Below are positions 25,330-38,153 of a stretch of 64,000 bases of DNA, in pieces. Made by a program: the position numbers and the translations under genes. The notes beneath the pieces are model-generated. The model was not told the DNA's origin and did not search any database. It saw only the letters and a list, made by a program, of their open reading frames with translations. The stretch spans positions 183,768,001 to 183,832,000 of the forward strand of contig OX597814.1 in NCBI GenBank assembly GCA_951406725.2, given 5' to 3'. Position 1 is the stretch's first letter; the number at the start of each line of letters is the position of its first letter. Origin of the DNA: Octopus vulgaris. Its lineage: Eukaryota.

Positions 25330-26500
25330 CATTGTCTGTGGCTATTGTTGTGCTAGAAATCATTTTCATGGGTATACAATGGAATGGCTGGTTTAGGAGC
25401 AAAATCTCACTGCGTCCATTTTCAACCTCATCGATATTGTTGAACCTCCCTCCGTGTAGGAAATAACCATTGTTCCTAAAAGGTGATAATATGACGACGC
25501 AAGGTTTCTACTGGAGGTAGGGTGAGGCAGCACTCCTAGCTGGGGTATTGTCATGTTGTAAGAGTGCATCTTTGATTGATCAATGTCGGGTGGTAGGCTA
25601 TCAAAGTACCATATAGTTGCTGTAGTTGTTGAGCATTAAGCTTAGTCATCACAGCATGACCATCTGACATTAGCTCAACGTGTGATACCCTTCGAAATTC
25701 CACCAAACGCACAACATAACTTTCTGTTCAAACCGCCCTTGTTTGACAATACGTCCTGAAGCCTGGTAGGAACGGGGTCAATGATTTTTCAAATTAAGAT
25801 TACGAAATTAGGTCCATTTTCATCTCCAGTTACAATTCGGTACCCAAAACGGCCATCTCGAGAATTTGGCAGCACTAATAATGCTCACACGTCGTTGAGC
25901 TTGACCATTGGTCAGTTCATGAGGAGCTTCACGATAGCTTCTGCTCAAAAAGCCGACCTTATAGAGATGTCGATTGATGGCGTTTTGTGAAGGAAAAGGC
26001 CAGCTGGCAGAAACGTTAACTCGCCGGGCGAAATGTTTAGCGGTATTTCGTCTGCCGCTACGTTCTGAGTTCAAATTCCGCCGAGGTCGACTTTACCTTT
26101 CATCCTTCCGGGGTCGATTAAGTAAGAACCAGTTTCGCACTGGGGTCGATATAATCGACTTAATCAGTTTGTCTGTCCTTGTTTGTCCTCTCTGTGTTTA
26201 GCCCCTTGTGGGTAGTAAAGAAATAGGTATTTTGTGAAGGAATGCACGAGTGCTTGAACCTGGCTGTTGTTCAACCATTTCAAGTAAGGACTCATTTTCC
26301 ACAACAGAAGCCGCCTTGGTTTGCTTCCCAGGCTGGTGTCATCTTTCTTGAAACGTCTGAAACAATTTTGGGCCACACATTGACAGCTTCTGGGCCTTCC
26401 ACATCGTTAATTTCTTTTGCCACTATCCTAGTATTCAGTTCTTATTCCTACCGGTTGCGTAAAATCGTTCTATTTGCAATTTATTCACCACAATTTATCG
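25330..26500 (-). mobile_element. Decayed mariner (DD34D-type) transposase interrupted by SINE-A
   Basis: Reverse strand AQNCFRRFKKDDTSL, VTGDEKW-like, QKVMLCVWWNFEG, LLQHDN; many stops. Confidence 0.8.
25997..26229 (+). mobile_element. SINE-A full-length inserted in mariner
   Basis: 13-bp TSD TTTTGTGAAGGAA at 25983 and 26230. Confidence 0.95.
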
Positions 26501-26579
26501 ATGCTGTAAAATAAAGAATAAGCAATTTATAATTATAGGTTTTGTTTGAAAATAAAGAATTAACAATTTAGCAATGATT

Positions 26580-26927
26580 ACTCTTTTACTTGTTTCAGTC
26601 ATTTGACTGTGGCCATGCTGGAGCACCATCTTTAGTCGAGCAAATCGACCCCAGATTTGTACACTTATTCTATCGGTCCATTTACCGAACCGCTAAATTA
26701 TGGGGACGTAAATACACCAGCATCGGTTGTCAAACACAGACATACAAACATATACACACACATGCATATACGACGGGCTTCTTTCAGTTTCCGTCTACCA
26801 AATCTACTCACAAGGTTTTGGTCGGCCCGAGGCTATAGTAAAAGACGGATGCCCAAGGTGCCATGCAGTTCCGGGATTGAACCCGGAACCATGTGGTTCG
26901 TAAACAAGCTACTTACCACACAGCCAC
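26580..26927 (-). mobile_element. SINE-B
   Basis: Head TGGCTGTGTGGTAAGTAGCTTG, CORE-like ACCTTGGGCA, tail GAAACAAGTAAAAGAG. Confidence 0.9.
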
Positions 26928-27044
26928 TAGACAACAATTCATATCAAATTGAGAATATAACATGAAAATACAAGCGGAAATCCGAAACAAACTTTCAACT
27001 CAACCGTGTGTGTATGTGAGTGAAGTATGTGTGTGTGTCTTTTG

Positions 27045-27092
<48 letters not shown>

Positions 27093-28689
27093 ATGAAGTA
27101 CCTAGAAGCTGTTAGTTCTCTCTATTAAATAAGTCCAGTATAATTTTTCAAGAATACATGTTTTACCTATATTGAGTGTCAGATGGTACACAAGAAGTTT
27201 TACCAACATAGATAACATCACAGTTTCATCAATACCGTTGAGACTATTCAACTTTGCTTCTATTTCTCCCTGAGCTGATTTGTTTCAACGTCAGTTTTTA
27301 TTCCTTGCGTTTTGGGGGACACATTATTTTCCTCGTAAAGCGCTCTTTTGAATTTCTGTTGATGCAAATTCCCTTCTCTTTGTGCCTTTGGAATGGTATT
27401 GACTCCACATTTTTCCAGTTTATCATTTCTCTTAAAATATCGAACCGTTCGTTGCAACTAGTAAAAACCAGAAGCAAATATTACACAATACCATGTTTAT
27501 GTTGGTATGAGAGCCCACCACACAAATACCAAAAGCCTGATAATTATTCGTTTGAATATAGCACCTCTGTACTAAAAACATCACAGGAAAACCTTTGAAA
27601 GTCTTATCTGTCATGTGAAAGGATCAGAATAAAGATAACAAAAAAATATAACACTTAACTGCCGACAGGACGTTATTCATCTGCTAACAAAACAACCAGC
27701 CCTTATTCCAACAGTAATTCGCATTCAGCATGTGAAGGGACTTACGTAGGATTTTGTTCATTCACTGATTTTTATTTGCATATGTTTTCATTTTCATTTT
27801 TTGTTTGTTTTTGTTTTGTTTTTTCAGAATCTGCCGAATGAATCAAAAGAACGCGTGAATAGAGATAAAAGAATACCTATGAATGGGCAAATGAAGGAAA
27901 AGCCAAAGAGCAAGCTTCATAATAACATAAACACTTCGGCGTATACATACAAGAGAGCGACATCACGTTGTGACCTCTCTATCAAATGCCACTGCTTAAA
28001 CGTGATGGTACATAAGCAATAAAACGAGAGAGGGAAAGCTAAGAACAATAGCAACAAAAGCAACAGCAACAACAGGAACAATAATCAGGATAATGACAAC
28101 TACAGCTACAGAAACAACACAAACTGATAAATGAAAGATCAGAAGTTTTGTATGAATCAAGCACGATGATCAGCACTTCAGCAAACGCCTTTCTCTTTCA
28201 CTATTTACTCTTCTACTCTTCTACTTGTTTCAGCCATCCGGCTGAGGCCATGCTGGGGAGGTGTTTTAGTTTTCTTTGCCTCGTATTAAGACGTGGTTTG
28301 TCTTCATTGAATCGGCGAATTAGTTAATGGGAAATGTGTTGAAACTTTAAGGTAATAATCGCAAACATCACAAATTTGCTAAATTCCTATTGTTTCTTTT
28401 TTTCTATTTTGAATAGTTTGGTAGTGCGTCAAACGAAATTTTTTGCATGTTTCTTTACCCACTTCCAAGTTTTACGTTCAATTCCCACGCAGGTTGATAT
28501 TTACAGTTCATATTTTTTGTAATGGTTAAATGAAGTGTCACTCATTCTCAAACCCACTTTCTGGCGTTGTGGATTTCTAGAATCAATAGTCAAACACAAA
28601 ACCTTGTTTTTGCTATTTGCGTCCTGCGTTCAAATCCTGCCCAAATCAACTTAGCTTTTCATCTCTCGAAGATCCATATGTAAAGTACC

Positions 28690-29268
28690 TGTTTCTTTAC
28701 TACCCATAAGGGGCTAAACACAGAGAGGACAAACAAGGACAGACAAACGATTATATCGACCCCAGTGCGTAACTGGTACTTATATATCGACCCCGAAAGG
28801 ATGAAAAGCAAAGTCGACCTCGGCGGAATTTGAACTCAGAATGTAGCGGCAGACGAAATACATATTTCTTTACTACCCACAAAGGGCTAAACACAGAGAG
28901 GACAAACAAGGACAGACAAACGATTATATCGACCCCAGTGCGTAACTGGTACTTATATATCGACCCCGAAAGGATGAAAAGCAAAGTCGACCTCGGCGGA
29001 ATTTGAACTCAGAACGTAGCGGCAGACGAAATACCTATTTCTTTACTACCCACAAGGGGCTAAACACAGAGAGGACAAACAAGGACAGACAAACGGATTA
29101 AGTCGATTATATCGACCCCAGTACGTAACTAGTACTTAATTTATAGATCCCGAAAGGATGAAAGGCAAAGTCGACCTCGGCAGAATTTGAACTCGGAACG
29201 TAACGATAGACGAAATACAGCTACGCATTTCGCCCGACGTGCTAACGTTTCTGCCAGCTCGCCGCCTT
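28690..29268 (-). mobile_element. SINE-A trimer (173-bp period)
   Basis: Bodies start at ~28692, 28865, 29038; TSD AGATCCAT(A)TGTAAAGTACC-like at ~28670 and ~29271. Confidence 0.95.
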
Positions 29269-29712
29269 GGAGATCCATAAGTAAAGTACCACTCAAGTCC
29301 TGGAGTCGATCTATAGAAACACTCAGTCTCCGTGAGTGAGCTTCAAGACATGCGCATATGTTAAGAAACAAACAAATAAAACTGTTAAAATATCAGAAAC
29401 CTTACAGCGTTGCAGAAAATGATTTACTGTAAATCAATTATGACTCTTTACGTTCTAATCCCACCAAAAACAATTTAACCTTTCATTGTCGATTCAATAA
29501 AGTACTTGTCAAAATACGATACTAGAATAGCAATCTCATGCCGTAAATTGTTGGTCTCGTGACTACTTTAGAAACAATTATGATGAAAAACTGAACCAAT
29601 AGTAGTGTGCATAAAAAGAATTGCACTGTTCAACTACGTGCCTTTAATATTCAAGTTTTTATCACATTGGGGTCAACTTGGCGTTTAATATCTCTAGGTT
29701 GGTGAACAACTT

Positions 29713-30004
29713 ACATTATTTACATTTTTATGCCCACGGGCATGTGGCGTAGTGGCTAAGAGCGCAGGCGACTAACCCCAAGATTCCGATTTCAGTTCCA
29801 AGCAGTGACCTGAACAACAACAACAACAATAATAATAATAATAACATCAAAAAATAATTTAGGAATGAGAACCCAGGTTCGAAATTTCCCCAAGACACCT
29901 GAAGAAGGCTGGAGGGTATATCAGCCGAAACGTGTTAACAACAAACAAGATGAGGACAAATATCCGTCGAATGTAAATAATTCCTCATCTCTTAAATATA
30001 GAAC
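29713..30004 (+). mobile_element. tRNA-headed element with HHR core (SINE/PLE chimera)
   Basis: A box TGGCGTAGTGG 29745; GACAC-CTGAAGA-A-GGCTG..CAGCC-GAAA-C-GTGTT 29894-29936; TSD GGTGAAYAACTT at 29701 and 30005. Confidence 0.75.
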
Positions 30005-30109
30005 GGTGAATAACTTGTCTGTCAAGTAATTGTGATTAATGTAATCTATTATACACATCTCTCAAATCTTAGGCTTTTAATTTATGTTAGAAATCAACAT
30101 TATTATCGC

Positions 30110-30720
30110 TTTTTGTTCGCACGCTGGACAAAAAGCTAAGCGGTATTTCGTCCCTGTTTACGTTTTGGGTTCAAATTCCGCCAATGTCAACTGTGCTTTC
30201 CATCCTTTCGGGGTTGATAAAATAAGTACCACTCAATTGCTAGTGCCCATGTAATCTATTTACCCTCTCTTCTGTAATTGCTAGCGTTGTGCCAAAATTT
30301 CAAACCATGGAGGTAAGCTGGCAGAATCGTTAACACGCCGGACATAGTGCTTGGCGGCATTTCGTCCATCTTTACGTTCTGAGTTCAAATTCCGCCAGGA
30401 ACCACTTTGCCTTTCAACCTTTCGAGTTGGATAAAATATGTACCGGTGGAGCACTGGGGTCAATGTAATCGACAAGCCTCTTCCCATGAAATTCCAGGCC
30501 TTGTATCTCGAGTAAAAAGGATTATCATTATTATGAAGTAAAGCAGCATGCTGAAAGTTGTTTGTACGTCGGACGAAAAACTTAGCGGAATTCTTTCATC
30601 TTTACCTTCTGTGTTCAAATTCCGCCGAGGTTGACTTTACTTTAAACCCTTACAGGATCGGTAAAATAAGTGCCCGATTGAATTGATGTGATCGACTAGT
30701 CCTTCTCCCAAAATTTTAGG
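30110..30720 (+). mobile_element. Three old degenerate SINE-A-like copies in tandem
   Basis: Recurrent GTTCAAATTCCGCC...TTTCATCC...AAATAAGTACC at ~30170, 30382, 30613. Confidence 0.75.
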
Positions 30721-30749
30721 CCTATATTCCTACAGGAAATAGGATTATT

Positions 30750-31168
30750 ATTTTTCTTTATTGCCCACAGGGGGCTAAACATAGAGGGGACAAACAAGGA
30801 CACACAAACGGATTAAGCCGATTATATCGACCCCAGTGCGTAACTGGTACTTATTTAATCGACCTCGAAAACGATGAAAGGCAAAGTCGACCTCGGCGGA
30901 ATTTGAACTCAGAACGTAGCGCTAGACGAAATACCTATTTCTTTACTACCCTCAAGGGGCTAAGCACAGAGAGGACAAACAAGGACAAACAAACGGATTA
31001 AGTCGATTACATCGATCCCAGTGCGTAACTGCTACTTATTTAATCGACCCCGAAAGGATGAAAGGCAAAGTCGACCTCGGCGGAATTTGAACTCAGAACG
31101 TAGCGCTAGACGAAATACAGCTAGGCATTTTGCCTGGCGGGCTAATGATTCTGCCAGCTCGCCGCCTT
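30750..31168 (-). mobile_element. SINE-A dimer
   Basis: Two bodies, one head; TSD ATAGGATTATTAT. Confidence 0.9.
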
Positions 31169-31914
31169 AGATAGGATTATTATTATTACTTCGGTATTTC
31201 AGTGTCATTTTCATGTTATGGAGTGAACCCACGCTCGTGACTGTCAGTGGACTGGACGAGTCTCATAAACAGATGAGTCAGTAGACAGCTGAGGTCTAAC
31301 TGTGAGAGCGTTAGTCTCGTTATTGATTCTGCGTTTGGAGTATTGGATTGTGATTGTGCGAACAGTTATAGTAAGATAACAAACTCGTTACATTGCTTAT
31401 TATTATACGGTTATATATTTGGCACTATGATATATTGTTACACATATACATCATGAATCAACATAGAGAGGATGTATAATTCTATTACGTGTTTGTACTG
31501 CTTCACGAAGAGCAAATCTCTTTGCCTTGGATATCATTTTGATTTTTTGTGTGTTTTACTTTGCTTTTGTAGTTTACATTATAGGGAAAATACTCTACAT
31601 AATGTAATTGTGGTTTATTGTGTTATTTTGCTCTATGGTGTGTAGATAAGTAAGGATTGGGTTTGGGTTATGAATCTGTCTACACGCTTTTTAAACATTT
31701 CCCAAGGCAACTATTATTATAGAGATTGTTTCCGTTATCAAGCCTTCTATTCTTGTTATCTCTGTTTCCTGATTAATACAGTTAGATAAGTTCTTCATTT
31801 CCTTAAGAGTTACCTTATTGTCTGTTGGGACTGATAACTCGATTAGTAACTACGTCCTTCCCAGGGGAACCTTGTCGACAATATCCGGTCGACCCGTCAT
31901 TTATTGATTGTAAT

Positions 31915-32310
31915 ATAGGAATGGCTATGTGGTAAGGAGCTTGCTTCTCAACCACGTGGTTTCAGGTTCAGTTCCACTGCGTGGAATCTTTGGCAAGTGT
32001 CTTCTGCTATGGCCTCGAGTCACCTAGGCCATGTGAATGGATTTGGTAGACGGAAACTGGAAGAAGCCCGTCGTATATATGTATATATGTGTCTGTGTTT
32101 GTGTGTCTGTGTTTGCCCCGCACCACCGCCAACATCGCTTGACAACCGATGCTGGTGTGTTTACGTCCCCGTAACTTAGCAGTTCGGCAAAAGAGGCCGA
32201 TAGAATAAGTACTAGGCTTACAAAGAATAAGTCCTGGGGTCGATTTCCTCGACTAAAGGGGGTGCTCCAGCATGGCCGTAGTCAAATGACTGAAACATGT
32301 AAAAGAGTAA
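31915..32310 (+). mobile_element. SINE-B full-length
   Basis: Head, internal (TG)n, tail GTAAAAGAG. Confidence 0.9.
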
Positions 32311-32428
<118 letters not shown>

Positions 32429-32919
32429 CCCCCCCTTTTTCGTTACACACACGCGCACACATATACACACATTGCTTAAATATATACATTACTCTTACAC
32501 ACATTCAATCTACTCGCCATTAATACTACCACGACACTGGACACACACACACACTACTACTCAACACACGCTGGCACGCTACATACGCCCCCACCCCTCC
32601 CCTCCCTCCCTTCCTCCTTCCTTTTCTTACTACTGACCTTTGTCTGCTATGCTGCTGCTATGCTGACCACCGTCTCGCCCTACCTCACACGCCTACACAC
32701 AGACGCACACACTAACACATACATATATTTTTTGTTTTTTTATCTCGCCTCACACACACACATACACACACGCACACGCACACACTCACACATACACACA
32801 CATCTGTTGCGTTACCAACCTTGTCTCCACTCTTTTGCCTTTAAAAACCCACTTTGCTCTTGTTATCGTAAACATCCGCCTTTCACCATGTGTAACTCCT
32901 AAACACCAGTCGTTTTTTT

Positions 32920-33095
32920 CTCTAACCCCGTTGCCCGCTCTGGGATCTTTCTTTCCTCTCTCTTCCTTCTTTATGTTTCCGACGAAGAGCTCCGCTCGAA
33001 ACGTCATACCTCCCTGCTTCCATTTCCTGAGCGCCTATTAATAATAATACTGTTATTGTTCCATTGTTGTTGTTTTTTTGTTTCCCGTTTGGATT

Positions 33096-33100
<5 letters not shown>
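32920..33100 (+). mobile_element. HHR-bearing repeat family H1 copy 2
   Basis: CCGACGA-A-GAGC-TCC-GCTC-GAAACGTC at 32979-33005. Confidence 0.75.
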
Positions 33101-33141
<41 letters not shown>

Positions 33142-33149
33142 AAATAAGA

Positions 33150-33600
33150 TAACACGGCCTAAGCATTTAGGACATTTATAAATAGAAAGGTCGTCTTGGA
33201 GCCGTTTCCTGAAATAAATGATATCCCATCATCAGAGACGAGTTAAAAAACTTCAATAGAAGGAATTAGTAGGATTCATTTTTTTTTAAAGTTATTCTGG
33301 AGAGAGATATATATACAAGAAATTAAATACAATGTAGAAAGTCTAAAAGAAAATATGAAAATAAAAATGCATGTTGGATGATAAAGTTGCAGTTGCGTTA
33401 TCCAAGCAATGTGTTGCGCAGAATGCGTAAAGAGGTTTCCTTTTTGATGATGTGTAAAGTCCGATAAGAATTCATATGTTATTTCAATGGATAGTGTGTA
33501 AATATTAATTCCATGTGTTCTTCATTCAAAAAAGATCTTGTAGTATAACATGAATTTTGAGAATTATGGTGGTAAGAGGAAGTAGATAAAGGCAGAAATG
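33150..33600 (-). mobile_element. Penelope-like 3' remnant with degenerate HHR
   Basis: Reverse strand ...HIAWITQLQLYHP (endonuclease C-terminal 'WI..L....P'), then CGTCT-CTGATGA-stem-GAAA-CGGCTCCA-AGACG at 33192-33240. Confidence 0.6.
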
Positions 33601-33995
33601 AATAGAGAAAGAATAAGGAAAGAGAAAAAGAAAAAAAGGAGAGCTAGATGCTGGTCAAGATATTATAAGGGGATGGGAGTGGAGAGCTATGAATAGATAA
33701 AAGGAATAGGGGGAGGGATAGAATGAAGAGATAAGAAGGTAAGAAAGGAGGATGTGTGAGACGTTGGAGGTGGGGGATAGGTTTGAAAAGGCACTAAGCG
33801 GGAGAGATAGATAAAGAATGTGGTACAGGGGGGAGGGGAGTATTAAGTGTGAATAGTAAACCTCGAGAAAGAAGGGAAGGGGTGAAATAATAAGGAAGAG
33901 GGCTAGGAATTATTGGGTGAATGTTGAGATATAATGGTCAAGTTTCTAAAAATAGACGTAGGTGTTTATAAAATGCCATAGAGTGTACTAGCTAG

Positions 33996-34042
<47 letters not shown>

Positions 34043-34072
34043 ATATCGGATAATAGATTGTATATATATATA

Positions 34073-34460
34073 TCTTTATATATAAAAGTGAGGTTGTGTG
34101 CTGTCTGTCTCCTACGATTTAGATTCCTAACTACTCCCACATTTTGCGGTGCAGTTTAACCAATACCGGGTATTTTATAGTCGTGCTTCATATCGAGCCC
34201 TTCTGGGTATTAGCACGCGTCTACGATGAGTCTACGATTTAAAAAAAAAATTACCATCAATTTTTCCCATTTTTAATGCATTTTTGGCATATATAAGGGA
34301 AGTAACTGTCTAAAAATTTATTATTAAATCTCAGAACGTAAAAAGCTACAGTAACACCCCTCCCCCTTTGTAGTTAGCCATATTGAGATGGCTATTATAT
34401 AAAAATGCTTATATAGTTATTTCCCTTACAAACCCGAGCAAAACCGGGCGATACTGCTAG
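34073..34460 (+). mobile_element. Non-autonomous Helitron
   Basis: A|TCTTTATATATAAAAG ... CCCGAGCAAAACCGGGCGATACTGCTAG|T: TC start, subterminal hairpin, CTAG end, A/T insertion site, no TSD. Confidence 0.85.
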
Positions 34461-34619
34461 TATATATATATATATATGTTTTTATGTTTTCGTTTCTCAT
34501 TGTGTCCTACGTTTTATTTCTTGGTGCCCTGTAGCCATATATGCATGTATATATACATATAGATGTAGGTATGTACATATATGTATGTATATATGCATAT
34601 GTTTTATTTAATATTTTGT

Positions 34620-34659
<40 letters not shown>

Positions 34660-34774
34660 TTTGTACACACACACTCACATACACACACACACACACAAAC
34701 ACATACAATTATGTGTGTATGTGTGTATGAATATGTATCTGTGTAATTATGAATGCATATTTTCTTTTTACATT

Positions 34775-35025
34775 TTTTATTTGTTTCAGGCATTTGACTG
34801 CGGTCATGTTGGAGCACCGCCTTAAGTCGAACAAATCGACACAAACTTCTACATATATACACGATGGGCTTCTTTCAGTTTCCCTTTACCAAATCCACTC
34901 ACAAGACTTTGGTCGGCCCGAGACTATAGTAGAAGACACTTGCCCAAGGTGCCATGCAGTGGGATTGAATGCGGGACCATTTGGTTGGTAAGCAAGATCC
35001 TTACCACACAGCCACGCCTGCACCT
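34775..35025 (-). mobile_element. SINE-B internally deleted variant
   Basis: Shares deletion and variants with the inverted copy at 35572-35822. Confidence 0.9.
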
Positions 35026-35030
35026 ATATA

Positions 35031-35066
<36 letters not shown>

Positions 35067-35537
35067 TGTACGTATGTATGTATGTAATTATGAATGCATA
35101 TATACAAATACATATATACCTATGTATTTCTACACATTTAACTTCTTGGGCAATACCCCAGCATGGCCACTCAGCTGTGGCCATGCTGGGGTATTGCCTT
35201 AAGGAGTTTAGTAGAATAAATCGACCTGAGCATTCCTTTTTTTTTTCTTATAAAGCCTTGTACTTTTCCTATCGATTACTTTTGCCGAACCGCTAATTTA
35301 TGAGACGTAAAGAAGCCCATATATTTTCTTTCTCGGCTGGAGTCCTCCAGAATATTTTCAAGCTCCAGTCGGAAATAGAGGATGTACCCCGCAGTAAACA
35401 TGCTTATAGTGGGTTGGGTGAGTATTGTATGACTCGTGCAAATATTTCCAGTATTTGGAAGAAGATATATTGCTTTTAGAATTGACATCAGGCTAAACAA
35501 AATAATATAGTGAATTTTGTTCTGATACATACATACA

Positions 35538-35571
<34 letters not shown>

Positions 35572-35822
35572 GGCGCAGGTGTGGCTGTGTGGTAAGTATC
35601 TTGCTTACCAACCAAATGGTCCCGGATTCAATCCCACTGCGTGGCACCTTGGGCAAGTGTCTTCTACTATAGTCTCGGGCCGACCAAAGTCTTGTGAGTG
35701 GATTTGGTAAAGGGAAACTGAAAGAAGTCCATCATGTATATATGTAGAAGTTTGTGTCGATTTGTTCGACTTAAGGCGGTGCTCCAACATGACCGCAGTC
35801 AAATGCCTGAAACAAATAAAAA
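35572..35822 (+). mobile_element. SINE-B internally deleted variant (inverted local copy)
   Basis: Flanked by 74-bp direct duplication 35453-35526 / 35823-35896. Confidence 0.9.
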
Positions 35823-36478
35823 ATTTGGAAGAAGATATTTTGTCTTTAGAATTGACATCAGGCTGAACAAAATAATATAGTGAATTTTGTTCTGATTTTG
35901 AAAGTGACATCGTGTAGTGTAAGGAGGGATAAGCGTAGCACAAGTGACGGAGACTATTGCATGCCGTTATGTATTAGTGACGAAGAAATATTTTCACACT
36001 GAAAGCATTAGACATTGTAAAGTTCAACTGGGACTATAGCAGTTTCGTATTATAAGGGAATGGTAAGTTAAACAATAATAATATAAACAATAGCAACAAC
36101 AACAACGGATTAATTGGGGGAAGGTATGTAATAAAACTGTTATAGTTCTACCTGTGTTATATATGTCTGATTGACTGGAACTTGGATTACGCGTCCAAGC
36201 GGGTAATCTTTCGGTGAATGTCTCTTAGGTGTCAAATTTGATCAGTTGATCGGCAATTTCCGTAAATTTTTTTTTTTATTTATTTATTTACTTTTCATGT
36301 TCTGTTGAAGCCGACATTTGCTTTGAAGTCGGCGAGGGAAGTGAAAAGTGAAACACGCACATCCTTCCCACATGCTTTCATGTCCATGAGTTGAATAGTG
36401 AAACACACACTCGCTCACACATTCACTCACACACGCACACACATACAACTATTATCTTATATACACCTACATGTATAT

Positions 36479-36695
36479 AAGGCGGCGAGCTGGCAAAAGC
36501 GTTAGCACGCCGAGCAAAATGCGTAGCCGTATTTCGTCTGCCGTTACGTTCTGAGTTCAAATTCCGCCGAGGTCGACTTTGCCTTTCATCCTTTCGGGGT
36601 CGATAAATTAAGTACCAGTTACGCACTGGGGTTTGATGTAATCGACTTAATCCATTTGTCTGTCTTTGTTTAGCCCCTTGTGGGTAGTAAAGAAA
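36479..36695 (+). mobile_element. SINE-A full-length
   Basis: GGCGGCGAGCTGGC...GGGTAGTAAAGAAAT. Confidence 0.95.
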
Positions 36696-36796
36696 TATAT
36701 ATACATCTACATGTATGAATTTATATACGTACATCTTTTGTGTATGTATGTATGTGTTTGTTTGTTTGTGTGCATGTGTGTGTGTGTGTATGTGAA

Positions 36797-37064
36797 TACA
36801 ATCATCATCATCATTGTTCGACCGTGGTCGAGACTTTCATAGTCTTTTCAAATGGCTAATAATGTGTGCGCGCGCCACTACTACACACATTGGAAAGCAT
36901 TGTACAACCAAGTACTAAAGAAGATCTTTCCTCCTCCATGAAACAAAGCTGTTCCCGCTGGACGTCAACCCAGTATTTCTAAGCTACGGACCGAGTGATT
37001 TATTGTAAGGTTATCTCCCTAGATAGATTGCCTTCACTACGGCTAAGGAGCCCTTTCTACCCCA
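36797..37064 (-). mobile_element. RTE-derived non-autonomous element, internally deleted copy
   Basis: Reverse complement of 18415-18640 joined directly to GTCTCGACCACGGTCGAACAATGATGATG. Confidence 0.85.
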
Positions 37065-37369
37065 AACACATAAAGCTGAACACGCTACAAATTATGGAAT
37101 ACATTGGGAAATGAGTCTTATTTTTACCTGTACAGCAGCAACCTAGGACTAATGTTGATCTGATTGTCATGAGTGGGACATATTGTAACTGTTATTGCTA
37201 GACATTACTATGACTGCAGTAGGTTTTCATCAATGAACAATAATGAGTGTAATAATTAACAGAATGATTAATGAAGGGAGAAATTAATCGGCGGCATTTG
37301 CAGCATGAAATCTTAATAATTCTGTTTACTGTGGGCAAAAGGGTTGAAATTTTATGAGTAGAGGGCAAA

Positions 37370-37527
37370 TAGGTTACATCGACCCCAGTACATCATTAGT
37401 ACTTATTTAATCGACCCTGAAAAGATGAAAGACAAAGTCGACCTCGGTGGCATTTGAACTCAGAAACGGACGAAATTCGGCTACACATTTTGTCCGGCGT
37501 GCTAACGATTCTGCCATCTCACTGCCT
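37370..37527 (-). mobile_element. SINE-A degenerate
   Basis: AAGATGAAAGACAAAGTCGACCTCGG. Confidence 0.8.
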
Positions 37528-38113
37528 CATAACAGAACAAAAAAAGAAAAAAAAAAAAAGAAGAATTCAATAATAAAGTGGATTCCTGCATGCTTGATGT
37601 AAAATAATGAAATGTTAAATAACTTCAGTACGCACTTAGTCATAACCAAACTAGAGGGTTTTCATGATTTTGGTCAAGGAGGCAGCGCGAGTTGGAAGTC
37701 CAGAATGAAAGTTGTATGTGAATGACAGCTAGATGCGAAAATTGAGTTAAGAATAATAAGCAATATAATTTGCTGAAACCCATATATGTCCCTTATATGG
37801 GACACCGAACAGGTTGTTAATATGAAAGAGAACAATTCAAAGGCATAGAATAACCTTGCAGAGCACTTGTTTAGAAAGAGTACGGATTAGCGAGTCAGGG
37901 ATGGTATCGTATTGAAGCATCCAAATCCGTGAAATAAACGACAGATGAAATTATAGGCGCTTTCTTTAGTTAAGATAATCTCACGTTCGATAAGCTCAGA
38001 TTTTCGTGAAATATTATTTGCACGTAAAGACATAAGACCCCTAAAGAGAGATATTGGCGAGCAGATTGTTGGTAGATTTGGCTTCATAAAACCCATAGTA
38101 GTTAGTAAGGAGA

Positions 38114-38153
<40 letters not shown>

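Noticed and set aside
28690-29268. Regularly spaced repeats as a CRISPR array
   Set aside because: 173-bp SINE bodies with no unique spacers or cas genes; eukaryotic context
31250-31310. CAGATGA-GTC-AGTA-GAC hammerhead-like hairpin or solo LTR
   Set aside because: Core mutated, no GAAA, no TSD; single copy in the window
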